Of a DNA stretch of 64,000 bases, positions 1 to 9,437 are shown piece by piece. The DNA comes from Candidatus Oxydemutatoraceae bacterium (GTDB lineage: Bacteria; Pseudomonadota; Gammaproteobacteria; Poriferisulfidales; Oxydemutatoraceae): NCBI GenBank assembly GCA_965212025.1, contig OZ243039.1, positions 946,180-1,010,179 on the forward strand, written 5' to 3'. A program made the translations under genes and the position numbers. The notes under the pieces were generated by a model. The model ran no database searches. It saw only the letters and a program-made list of their open reading frames with translations, and was not told where the DNA came from. Position 1 is the stretch's first letter. The number at the start of each line of letters is the position of its first letter.

Positions 1-459
1 GCTGATCTGAGTTTTGCTGATCTGATCGGGGCTAATCTGAGAGGTGCTGATCTGAGTGGGGCCGATCTGACACGGTCTACTCTGATAGGGACTGTTCTGT
101 ATAGGTCGAAGATGTACGGTGCAAGGATATACGAAACTCAGCTTGGCGGTGCAAAGTTCAAGGGTACAAAGTTGTACGGTGCCAACTTTTCTGGATCTAC
201 ACCGCGTGATATAAGCTTGGATAAAGCTGATGGAGAAAGACCAGAAGAATGGGATGATGTTCTGGATAATATCAAACTTGATCTGGAACGAGAGGGCTAT
301 CCGGAGGAGGTTGTTAACGCGTGGGTGGCAAATATTGTACAAAGCGCAGCTTCAGCACTAGGTTATGTTTTGCCAACGGGTACTGATCATTGTGGCTTAT
401 ACGCTGGAAAAACTGAATGGGATTTACCTCCAGAGTGTACTGAAGTTGAGACACACTAA
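1..459 (+). CDS. Pentapeptide-repeat protein, 3' part (runs off the window start); paralog of 1874..4282
   Basis: Frame 1 is open from base 1 (ADLSFADLIGANLRGADLSG...). The C-terminus (...LGYVLPTGTDHCGLYAGKTEWDLPPECTEVETH) is nearly identical to that of 1874..4282. Confidence 0.9.
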   Translation, partial: ADLSFADLIGANLRGADLSGADLTRSTLIGTVLYRSKMYGARIYETQLGGAKFKGTKLYGANFSGSTPRDISLDKADGERPEEWDDVLDNIKLDLEREGYPEEVVNAWVANIVQSAASALGYVLPTGTDHCGLYAGKTEWDLPPECTEVETH

Positions 460-1096
460 TAAGCAAAGGTCACTTCGTTTAGCTGAGGCGGTGGGCATAA
501 CAGGGAGACAGGCGAACGAGTCTTATATTGGGCTTACGGGTTCTTGTCTGCGTAGAGCTATGAGCCAAACATCTTGTAGGAAATGCCGGTATTTTTATAT
601 GTCTCGGGATAATCAGTACGGCTTTGCTTTTCTATACGTGTCGTGCACCTTCAGGCGATATGCTGCTACTCTCTGTCAGATAGTTTAAGCGTTTCTCTTT
701 TCCTGGGGCGTTTACTGTCTCCCGCTCTTCTGTGGAAGCATCGCTCAGTACTATTGATTGGACACCACAAAGAGAATGGGAAACAATTTCTTTCTTATGC
801 TAACCGTTAAGATTTTCTATCCGAATAATCACTTGCTGGCTTCCATCAAGTAGCTGTTTACTGGTTCAAAATGAAACATCCGTGGCCTAGTCTCTTTTAC
901 TTTCTGGAACGGAATGGATGCCGCAAGCAGATAACGGTTGCACCTGGCGGATTGCCTGCTGTTTGATTGTATCCAAGCCTATATGCAGTTTTGTTTCTGG
1001 GTGTGGGTCTCGGCTTGTCTGCCTGCGTTGTCCAGGTTTCTACGATGCGAGTCAGTTAGGCTACCATTGGCTGGTTTGTAGGCTTATCCCTTCACC
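460..1096. repeat. ~630-bp non-coding block downstream of a pentapeptide gene, copy 1
   Basis: Aligns by eye with 4283..4927 (shared gagcaaaggtcacttcgtttagctga-like start, ctctgtcagatagtttaagcgtttctc, ggaacggaatggatgccgcaagcagataacggttgca) and more weakly with 7180..7546. Confidence 0.85.
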
Positions 1097-1607
1097 AACA
1101 GTGGATACTTATGACAAATGCCCGGAAATGAGCGCCCCGGAAGTGGCGCAGGCCTTGATAAAAGCCATGGCAAGGGACGACCTGTCTTTTGCAATCGTGA
1201 ATTTTGCTAACGCCGACATGGTCGGGCACAGCGCGTCTCCGACCCCTACCATCCAGGCAGTGGAAGCCATTGACAAGCAAGTCGGCGACCTTTACCTGGC
1301 GGCAAAAAGATACGGCTGGACCTTGGTCATCACCTCGGATCACGGCAACTGCGATGAAATGGTTGACCTGGAAACCGGAGAGCCAAACACCTGTCACACG
1401 GACAACCCTGTTCCCTGCCTGATCGTGAATGACCCCGGACGCAGGCAGGTTCGTGCGCTAGAGTTTGCAGACGGATGTGCCATCAGCAGCATTGCGCCGA
1501 CCGTTTTGGATCTGATGGGCATCAACATCCCGACAGAAATGAAAGCACCTTCCCTCATCCTGAACCCAAAGGCACTGCGTAAAAGAAAAGCCACGCGTGG
1601 TGCGTAA
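1080..1607 (+). pseudogene. gpmI: 3' fragment of 2,3-bisphosphoglycerate-independent phosphoglycerate mutase
   Basis: RLIPSPTVDTYDKCPEMSA...IVNFANADMVGHS...ITSDHGNCDEM...TCHTDNPVP...IAPTVLDLMG are the iPGM C-terminal motifs. The N-terminal two-thirds is absent and replaced by the repeated non-coding block. Confidence 0.85.
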
Positions 1608-1873
1608 TGTAGTGCGGCAATGCCGGAAAAAACCCAAGCTTTATCCGGGTAGAACCAGTGGGATTCGCACACCTTGTTCGGGGTCATTCTCAGTTTGGTT
1701 CCGTATCCGTCTTATGGCGCGTGCCACAAATTGGGAAGGTCGTTGCGTGCTCGCCAAAGCTACGTATGTTGAGCAAAAATCCGGTGGTTTCTTTTCAGCA
1801 GATAAAGCATAAAATATGACGGGGCAGAGAAGAAACTACCTAGGCTTTATATTTTTGATTTTCAGGAACTGAT

Positions 1874-4282
1874 GTGGAAAAAATGAATGGCAGCTCTACA
1901 AACGAAGATACGATCAAGCAAAACAACGGTGAAAACAAAGACGACCGGATAGAAGAATTAGCACGGAAGTTACGTATGTCAATGTTGGTTGTGCTGATTT
2001 TTTTCTTTTACGCGCTCCTTGCGGTTTTATCAACCACCGACATGATGCTTTTAAGGAAAGGGGTGATAGCCTTGCCTATCATCCAAGCTAGCGTCCCGGT
2101 GGTGGCATTCTACCTAATAGCTCCACTCGTGCTTGTTCTTGTGCATCTTCATTTGCTCGCAAAATTAATCCTGAATGCCAGAAGAATATATTATAGTTGT
2201 GATTCTAAGCAAACACCCAATGAAGCACATGGTTGGTTCCACAAAGGCCTTATAATATTATTCTCATTTGAGCAAAAGAGACTTATTTCAGAGATGAAGA
2301 ATGAGAATCTTAGAGGACTCTTTGTACGCGTAGTTTTTCTAATAATATTTGTAGCGGTCCCGCTGTTGATTTTATTGATATTGCAAGCGCGCTTTCTCGC
2401 TTACCAAGACGAGTGGATCACACTGTATCACCAATCCCTAGTCACATTGGATCTAGTTTCTCAATTCGTGTTTATGCGGAGTTTTTACAAACTTTTTAGG
2501 GTTGAAAAGGAACCTCCATGTGTACCACTACGTGTTATATTGGCTGGTTTAGCGTTTATTGTATTACCATTTCTCTTTGTTTGGACATTTGTTTGGGCAG
2601 TGGCATTGACTCCGGATGGTTATATTGAAAAAACAATCGAATTCGATTTACAACAATCAATTGCGAGATGTTTTTTCTTGGATTGGTGGAAAGAAGGAGG
2701 AGGAGGGGAAGGAAAAGATAATTTATTTTCGTGCCCTATAGTAAAAGGTGAGCGTTTTATTAATATCCAAGGTAAAGTCATCACTTTGCAAGATACACAG
2801 CCCGAGATTATTGGAGCCATAATTCAAGCTGGTGGTAACTTTACCCCTGAAATACCTTGTGAGTATACTGGAGGAATGCTTGTTTTGAGCGGCCGTCGTC
2901 TAAATTACGCAAACTTCAGTGACTCGGTGTTTGAGTGTGTTGAGATGGAAAGCACACAATTGATCCGTTCAAATCTAGCTCGTGCCAAGCTGAACGGTAT
3001 CAGTTTGCAAAAAGCTGACTTGCGCGGTGCAGACCTGAGAAATGTCAAGCTTAGCACAGCAAATTTGATCGAGGCTAATCTGAGTAAGGCTAATCTGAGA
3101 GGGGCTGTTTTGAGTAGTGCTAATCTACGTGGTGCTAATCTGTTTGGTGCTAATCTGGTTGAGGCTAATCTGAGTGATGCTAATCTGTTTGGTGCTAATC
3201 TACGTGATGCTAAACTGTTTGGTGCTAATCTGTTTAAGGCTAATCTGTTTAAGGCTAATCTGGGTGATGCTAGTCTGGCTAATGCTAATCTGAGAGGGGC
3301 TGAGCTGACTGATGCTAATCTGAGTGGTGCTGATCTGAGTGGTGCTGATCTGAGTGGTGCTGATCTGAGTACAGCTATTCTGATTCGGGCTAATCTGAGT
3401 TGGGCTAATCTGAGTGGGGCTGATCTGAGTGGGGCTGATCTGGGTGGGGCTGATCTGGGTGATGCTAATCTGGTTGATGCTAATCTGAGTGGGGCTAATC
3501 TGAGTGGGGCTAATCTGAGTGGGGCTGATTTGAGTAGGTCTTATTTGATTGAGGCTGATCTGAGAGATGCTGATCTGATTGGGGCTGATCTGATTAGTGC
3601 TAGTCTGGGTGGGGCTAATCTCAGCAAGGCTGTTCTGAGTCGTGCTGATCTGAGAGGTGCTGATCTGAGAGATGCTGATCTGATTGGGGCTGATCTGATT
3701 AGTGCTAGTCTGGGTGGGGCTAATCTCAGCAAGGCTGTTCTGAGTCGTGCTGATCTGAGAGGTGCTGATCTGAGAGGTGCTGATCTGAGAGGTGCTGATC
3801 TGATAGAGGCTGATCTGAGAGAGGCTGATCTTTCGGGTGCTGATCTGTCGGGTGCTGATCTGCGTTGGACTCGTCTGACAGGTGCTAAACTGATAGAGGT
3901 TGATCTGAGTGGTTCTGATCTGAGCAGAGCGGAGATGTACGGTGCAAGGCTATACGAGGCTCAGCTTCACGGTGCAACATTAGAAGGTGCCAAGTTGTAT
4001 GGTGCCAACTTTTCTGGATCTACACCGCGTGTTACAAACTTTCGAGATGTTGATGTGGATAAACCGGAAAATTGGGTCGATATTTTGAAAACTATCAAAT
4101 TGCTTCTGGAATCAAAAGGCTATTCGAAGGGTGATGTTGACGCACGGTTGGCAGAGATTGAACAAAACGCAGCTTCACCATTAGGTTATGTTCCGCCGAC
4201 AGGTACTGATCATTGTGGCTTATACGCTGGAGAACCTGAATGGGATTTACCTCCAGAGTGTACTGAAGTTAAGACACACTAA
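1874..4282 (+). CDS. Membrane-anchored pentapeptide-repeat protein (802 aa)
   Basis: Several hydrophobic helices in aa ~35-245, then a long A(D/N)LxX pentapeptide array and a C-terminal cap. Confidence 0.9.
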   Translation: MEKMNGSSTNEDTIKQNNGENKDDRIEELARKLRMSMLVVLIFFFYALLAVLSTTDMMLLRKGVIALPIIQASVPVVAFYLIAPLVLVLVHLHLLAKLILNARRIYYSCDSKQTPNEAHGWFHKGLIILFSFEQKRLISEMKNENLRGLFVRVVFLIIFVAVPLLILLILQARFLAYQDEWITLYHQSLVTLDLVSQFVFMRSFYKLFRVEKEPPCVPLRVILAGLAFIVLPFLFVWTFVWAVALTPDGYIEKTIEFDLQQSIARCFFLDWWKEGGGGEGKDNLFSCPIVKGERFINIQGKVITLQDTQPEIIGAIIQAGGNFTPEIPCEYTGGMLVLSGRRLNYANFSDSVFECVEMESTQLIRSNLARAKLNGISLQKADLRGADLRNVKLSTANLIEANLSKANLRGAVLSSANLRGANLFGANLVEANLSDANLFGANLRDAKLFGANLFKANLFKANLGDASLANANLRGAELTDANLSGADLSGADLSGADLSTAILIRANLSWANLSGADLSGADLGGADLGDANLVDANLSGANLSGANLSGADLSRSYLIEADLRDADLIGADLISASLGGANLSKAVLSRADLRGADLRDADLIGADLISASLGGANLSKAVLSRADLRGADLRGADLRGADLIEADLREADLSGADLSGADLRWTRLTGAKLIEVDLSGSDLSRAEMYGARLYEAQLHGATLEGAKLYGANFSGSTPRVTNFRDVDVDKPENWVDILKTIKLLLESKGYSKGDVDARLAEIEQNAASPLGYVPPTGTDHCGLYAGEPEWDLPPECTEVKTH
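3554..3763 (+). repeat. Exact 105-bp tandem duplication inside the pentapeptide array
   Basis: ADLRDADLIGADLISASLGGANLSKAVLSRADLRG is encoded twice, with units starting at 3554 and 3659. Confidence 0.9.
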
Positions 4283-4927
4283 TGAGCAAAGGTCACTTCG
4301 TTTAGCTGAAGCGGTATAACAGGCAGACAGACGAACGAGCCTTAACATGGGATTTTCAGAGCTCATGTCTGCGCAGAGCTCTGAGCCGAACACTTTGCGG
4401 GGAATGCCGGTATTTTTATATGTCTCGGGAAAATCAGGGCGGCTTTGCTCTTCTATTATGTGTCGCGCACCTTCAGACGATATGTTGGTTGCTTCTCTGT
4501 CAGATAGTTTAAGCGTTTCTCCTTTCCTTGGGCGTTTACTGCCTCTCGCTCCTGCGTGGAATCATCGCTCATTAAGATTGATTGGACACCACAACGAGCG
4601 TGTGAAGCTATTTCACCCTTGTGGTAGCCATTAAGCTTTTATATCCAAGGAAATATTTGCTGGTTCCCCTCAAGAGATTGTTTCCTGGTTCAAAATGAAA
4701 CATCCATGGCTAGTCTCTTTTACTTTCTGGAACGGAATGGATGCCGCAAGCAGATAACGGTTGCATCTGACGGTTTGCCTACTGTTTGATCGTGTCCTTG
4801 CCTGATACGTAGTTTTGTTTCTGGGCATGGGCTTCGGCTTCGGCTTGTCTGTCACGTGTTGTCTAGGTTTCTACGGGGCAGGTCAGTTAGGCTATCGTTG
4901 GTTGGTTCGTAGGCTGAACCCTTCACC
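4283..4927. repeat. ~640-bp non-coding block downstream of a pentapeptide gene, copy 2
   Basis: Similar to 460..1096 throughout. Both copies end at aggct.a.cccttcacc. Confidence 0.85.
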
Positions 4928-4995
4928 TGCCAAAGCATACGCTTGATGAGCGAAAATCCGATGGTTTCTTTTCAGTTTCCAAAGTTGGCAAGCAC

Positions 4996-5040
4996 TGGAA
5001 GGCGTACGAGTGGAAGGCGTACGAGTGGAAGGCATACGGG
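4996..5040. repeat. 15-bp tandem repeat x3 (tggaaggcgtacgag)
   Basis: Read directly from the sequence; the third unit is slightly diverged. Confidence 0.9.
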
Positions 5041-5215
5041 CGAAGGGCGTGTTCGGTGGTGAACCCGGCCTGCCCTGAACCCGTTGTTGATTTTCGGCCA
5101 GTCACTTTAATTCCAGTGCGATGGATAAAGAAATCGGCAACAGATAAAGCATAAAATATGGCGGGGCAGGGAAAAAATGATCCAGGCTTTATATTTTTGA
5201 CTTTCGGGAGCTGAG

Positions 5216-7072
5216 GTGGAAAAAATGAGTGGCAACCTTAAAAGCGAAAAGCTGTCGGGGCAAAACGGCGACAGCCGTGCAGGTGGCCGAGCTGATTTCG
5301 TGGACGAATTGCGCCAATCCATCTACGGGTCAGCCCAAACAATACGTTCCCTGATGCTCTTTGTGCTGATTTCTGTTGCCTATGTGCTCATCTTGGTTGG
5401 GTTGACCACCGACATGATGCTTTTGAGGGAAGAGGCGATTGTTTTGCCTTTTATCCAGGTTGGCGTCCCGGTGGTGGCATTCTACGTGGTCGCTCCTCTG
5501 CTGATCCTGTTTTTGCATTTTAATCTGCTCGCCAGGTTAACTTTGTTGGCCAGGGACATACACGCCTGCTTTGGCGATATCCATTCTCAGCCAATAACGC
5601 CCAATGCGGATGGTATGTTTGAGACGACTTTGACCATGTTGTTTCCAATTGATCCGGTGCGTCTCATGTTGGACATGCGGAAGGTGACGCTGGAAAGGGC
5701 TGTTTTAAGTACAGTTTTCCTCATTCAGGTTGCGACAGTCCCGCTGCTTGTTTTACTGATATTGCAGGCGCGCTTTCTCGCTTTCCAAGACGAGTGGATT
5801 ACGTTGTTCCACCAAATAACGGTCACGGTTGACCTGTTTTTTCAGTTTCTGTTCATGTTGAACTTTAGCAGGCTTTGGGGAGGTGGAGGGAAATTCCTAC
5901 GTATACCACGTTATTTGATTGTCTCGGTGTTGATTGTCATCCCGGCTTTCTATGCCTGGGCGGTCGCTTTGGTTCCGGATGGCTATATTGAAAATAAAGT
6001 CAAAAGTGACTGGCAGCAATCAGTCGCGGGGTGTTTTTTCCCGGATTGGTGGAAAAAATATGAAGGTGATCTGTTTCCGTGTGACTTTTTGGAGGGTGAG
6101 CGCTTTATTAATGTCCAAAGTAAGATCATTACTTTGCAGGATGTGCCGCCAGAAGTTGTTGGTGCTTTGGTGCAGGCAGGGGGTAAGCCTACCCCTGAAA
6201 TACCTTGTGAGCATATTGGGGAGCTAAAGCTGAGCGAACGCCGTCTCTTTTATGCAAACTTCAGCGACTCGAGATTCAAGTGTGTTGAGATGGAGAATGC
6301 GCAGCTGTACGGGGCAAAGCTGGTTGGAACCAAGCTGAACGGTATTGATTTGCAAAGAGCCGAGTTGCGTGGTGCAGACCTGCGCCGCGCTGAGCTGAAT
6401 GGTGCCGACTTGCGTGATGCCGGGTTAAATAATGCGAGTCTGCGCAATGCCGAGTTAAATTATGCGGATCTGCGTGGTGCCAGGTTAAATGGTGCGGATC
6501 TTCGCAATGCGAGGCTGAACAAGGCAGATTTGCGTGGTGCCATGCTACACGGTGCAGATCTGCGTACATCTGAGCTACATGGCGCAGACCTGCGCAAGTC
6601 TGAGCTGCACGGTGCAAGGTTACGCAGTTCCGGGCTACATGGTGCAGACCTTTCCGGGGCACAGCTGTACGGTGCTGATCTGAGCTGGGCCGAGCTGCAC
6701 AGTGCTGACCTGAGCTGGGCCGAGCTGCACGGAGCTGATCTTTACGGAGCCGAGTTGCACGGTGCTGACCTGTCCGGAGCACAGCTCTACGGTGCAAATC
6801 TGTACGAGACTCAGCTTTACGACACGAAGCTCAGCAATACTGAACTGCACGGCACTAACCTCTCCGGAGCCAAATTACACAATACAAGCCTGGACGAAGT
6901 TGACGGAGAAATGCCTAATAGGGAAAGGTGGGTCAACATTTTGGGCAATGTCGAGCGTGGCCTGAAAGAAGTGGGCTATACGGAGAGTGAGATCGCTGCT
7001 CGCTTGGCAACGATTAAACGCAACGGAGCCTCAACGCCGGGTTTTGTTTTGCCTTCTTCTGTCAGCGACTGA
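5216..7072 (+). CDS. Membrane-anchored pentapeptide-repeat protein (618 aa), paralog
   Basis: Shares TTDMMLLR, VPVVAFY, LILQARFLA.QDEWITL, PDGYIE and GERFIN with 1874..4282 and has an AxL(H/N/Y)G/ADLxx array. It has the same upstream leader (cagataaagcataaaatatg...gtggaaaaaatg). Confidence 0.9.
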   Translation: MEKMSGNLKSEKLSGQNGDSRAGGRADFVDELRQSIYGSAQTIRSLMLFVLISVAYVLILVGLTTDMMLLREEAIVLPFIQVGVPVVAFYVVAPLLILFLHFNLLARLTLLARDIHACFGDIHSQPITPNADGMFETTLTMLFPIDPVRLMLDMRKVTLERAVLSTVFLIQVATVPLLVLLILQARFLAFQDEWITLFHQITVTVDLFFQFLFMLNFSRLWGGGGKFLRIPRYLIVSVLIVIPAFYAWAVALVPDGYIENKVKSDWQQSVAGCFFPDWWKKYEGDLFPCDFLEGERFINVQSKIITLQDVPPEVVGALVQAGGKPTPEIPCEHIGELKLSERRLFYANFSDSRFKCVEMENAQLYGAKLVGTKLNGIDLQRAELRGADLRRAELNGADLRDAGLNNASLRNAELNYADLRGARLNGADLRNARLNKADLRGAMLHGADLRTSELHGADLRKSELHGARLRSSGLHGADLSGAQLYGADLSWAELHSADLSWAELHGADLYGAELHGADLSGAQLYGANLYETQLYDTKLSNTELHGTNLSGAKLHNTSLDEVDGEMPNRERWVNILGNVERGLKEVGYTESEIAARLATIKRNGASTPGFVLPSSVSD

Positions 7073-7179
7073 TCAACTCATCGCAACATGCCGGTTCGCA
7101 GTTATCGAAAGGGTGCGCTGAAGACATAACGCGCGAATAGGAAGGTGGCGCGTCATCTACCAGAAGCAGCAGCATAAAA

Positions 7180-7546
7180 CGGGTAGACAGGTGAGCGAGC
7201 CTAATGTGGGATTTTCAGGTTGTTTTCGTGGGTCTGCGGGTCATGCCCTACGGCGAAACCGGTATTTTTATACGCTCCGTGTGGCTCAGTGCGAGTCGGC
7301 CTTCCCCCCATCTCTGGTACGCTGGACGTTTCTCTTCAGGCAGTTTCAGGCATCTATCCCTGGATGCTTGCTATTTCCCGTTTCAGAAAGAAGCCATTAA
7401 CCGACGATACCCGGTGTGGCTGATTGAGTGCCCGGGTATGGGAAGCGATTTCCTTCATACGCCACCGTCAAGCTTTATATACGGGTAAAAGTACCAGCCA
7501 GTCTCTTTCAAGTGGCTGTTTCCTGGTACAAGGCGAAACATCCGTG
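7180..7546. repeat. Diverged third copy of the pentapeptide 3' non-coding block, truncated by the effector array
   Basis: Contains agacagg..acgagcct..tgggattttcag, ccggtatttttata, gaagccattaa, aagctttatat and gaaacatccgtg, which match copies 1 and 2. Confidence 0.65.
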
Positions 7547-7556
7547 ATTCAGATTC

Positions 7557-8897
7557 TCAGCTGACTGGTTTTTCCTCCTGTTTGGGGTCGGGGGTTCCGG
7601 GTGTCGGCACGGGTGTCTCGGTCTTATTCGGTGCCTCGGTCTTCATGGTATCAATTTTACGCGGCGGTTTCGGCGGAGGCGCAGCAATGTTGTCTACAGG
7701 CCGCGGCTGTTGCGCACCATCATCACCAGCCTGTTTCCCAACCTTGTTGACCGTGGAGTAAGTATGGTCAGGTAGTTGACCATCTGTATCTTCCTTAATT
7801 CTATTGTGCCACTTCGTAGTTTCAGCTGTTTTTGTTGGATCACGAAGCGTGTGGGAACTGCCAATAGGACCAATAGATTCATACAGACCTGAATCCCTCG
7901 AGGCACCTGAACCTGAAGGCACATCAGGCAACGGCCGGCTTGGCGTAGCTTCAGTGGTTCTCTCAGGTTCATGAACCGTGCCAGAAGCATCATTATCATC
8001 ATCAACTTCTGCATACGAACCTGAATACTCCAAAGTATTTACAGGCATAGTTGGCAACGGCTGATTTTGCTTACTTTTGGGTTCGGGATTGGCCGACGCT
8101 CGTCTGGTGATGGCAGATTCAAAGGCGGCTGGGTTTATTCTTCCCCCTCTGGTGTGCCTGCTTTTCGAGTGCTCATTCCTTATGGCAACATCCAGCTGTG
8201 CGTTCATATCCTGAGGACTTGCTTTTTCAAGCATCGCCACTCGAATATCTTCGACTCCTCCAGGCTTATTGCCACCTCTTTGCTGCTGTTGCGGATTAGC
8301 CATTTCTTGCCTGGTCGATACGCTCAGGAGGTGTTCTCCTTCGTCCCGCTGGATCTCGTTTTCTGGAGCAATTTCTGCTGCTGCCGCTATAAAAACCCGA
8401 TGCAGGGAATCCAGAAATGCCTGCCTGTTTCCAACGTTCCGCTCGGCATTTTTGAGCGCTGTACTCACGTCTTTGGACAGGCCAGCGGGTGGCTGCCCAT
8501 TTGCCCATACTTCACGGTGGGCTTGTGAGGGTCTGTCTCCTAGTGTGCGAATCTGGTTTTTTGGAACTTCCTGACCTTGGTAAGATTTCAAGCCCTGTCG
8601 GGAATATTTTGCCTGTGACCCGGAACTGGTTCGTATTTCATCCTCTATCATATTCAAAAGAGCATGTCGGTTTTCCAATTTCTTGTCACGATAGCCGGGT
8701 GATACAGCCCACATAAAGCTATGAAGCAATTGTGAAAGTGGTCCTCTCCTTCTGACGGAGTAGACGGCTTCCACGTTATTTGAGAATTTCTCCTGCTTGA
8801 ATGCGGTCAGGGAGCTGTAGCCCATTTTGGGCGTATTCGCCTCATTTACTGCATGCCATGCATTCACATAACCTACTGTTGGTTTTATCTGGCTCAT
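7557..8897 (-). CDS. Effector-like protein A (conserved N-terminal domain; disordered C-terminus with Tyr and Pro-rich motifs)
   Basis: 446-aa ORF with an RBS-like ggagg upstream. The first ~177 aa are near-identical to 9438..10598. Motifs include YAEV, LYESI, HTYSTVNK, RPLPDVP and PPPKPPRK. Confidence 0.8.
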   Translation of the reverse strand: MSQIKPTVGYVNAWHAVNEANTPKMGYSSLTAFKQEKFSNNVEAVYSVRRRGPLSQLLHSFMWAVSPGYRDKKLENRHALLNMIEDEIRTSSGSQAKYSRQGLKSYQGQEVPKNQIRTLGDRPSQAHREVWANGQPPAGLSKDVSTALKNAERNVGNRQAFLDSLHRVFIAAAAEIAPENEIQRDEGEHLLSVSTRQEMANPQQQQRGGNKPGGVEDIRVAMLEKASPQDMNAQLDVAIRNEHSKSRHTRGGRINPAAFESAITRRASANPEPKSKQNQPLPTMPVNTLEYSGSYAEVDDDNDASGTVHEPERTTEATPSRPLPDVPSGSGASRDSGLYESIGPIGSSHTLRDPTKTAETTKWHNRIKEDTDGQLPDHTYSTVNKVGKQAGDDGAQQPRPVDNIAAPPPKPPRKIDTMKTEAPNKTETPVPTPGTPDPKQEEKPVS

Positions 8898-9026
8898 GGA
8901 TCAAATTCCTCCGAATCTGTCTGTTGAATACCGGGCTTTTCGTTGCGCCCGTTGACTGGTTTTGCCAGTTCCTAAAAACATCTGCTCATCCTTCCTGCGA
9001 CAGTTTCACAATGACACGTTGCAAAG

Positions 9027-9437
9027 TCACAGGCTGGACACGTTTGGATTTTTAACTGAACTGACACTAATTTCTGCTTCAGACTGCGGCTGTGGATCCT
9101 GCTTTGTCAGGGTCTATCCAGCCCTGCTCTGTATCCCGGCCTGCCACGGCTATTTCCGGGCTCACGTGCCCGTCTCCGTCAGACTGGATCGGTTGGTAGC
9201 GGTCGCCGGTCTTGCAGGTGCTAATCTTTGAGTTGCCGCCGTCTGTTTTGTAGTGGGCACTGTTTCAGGTGGCGGTGGTTCCACAGTTTGAAGCATTGAC
9301 TCTAGAGATGGCGCCGGAGGTTCCGGTTGCACAGGCGGCAGAATTTCCATAGCTTTATGCAACGTAAGAACCCTTGTTGGCTTTCTGTCTTTTCGCTCAA
9401 GCAGCTGTTTTCCAGACGGCATGTTTCAGCCAGTTTC
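9027..9437 (-). pseudogene. 5'-truncated, frameshifted copy of effector-like gene C (10728..11807)
   Basis: Encodes KLAETCR.../KAMEILPPVQP (compare RLAEACRR...EAMQILPPVDP). It ends with the identical EAEISVSSVKNPNVSSL* at an offset of 1701 bp from the end of gene C. Confidence 0.8.

Noticed and set aside
918-1079. N-terminal part of the 229-aa ORF as a real GpmI start
   Set aside because: It lies in the duplicated non-coding block and has no iPGM similarity, so it is a chance open frame.
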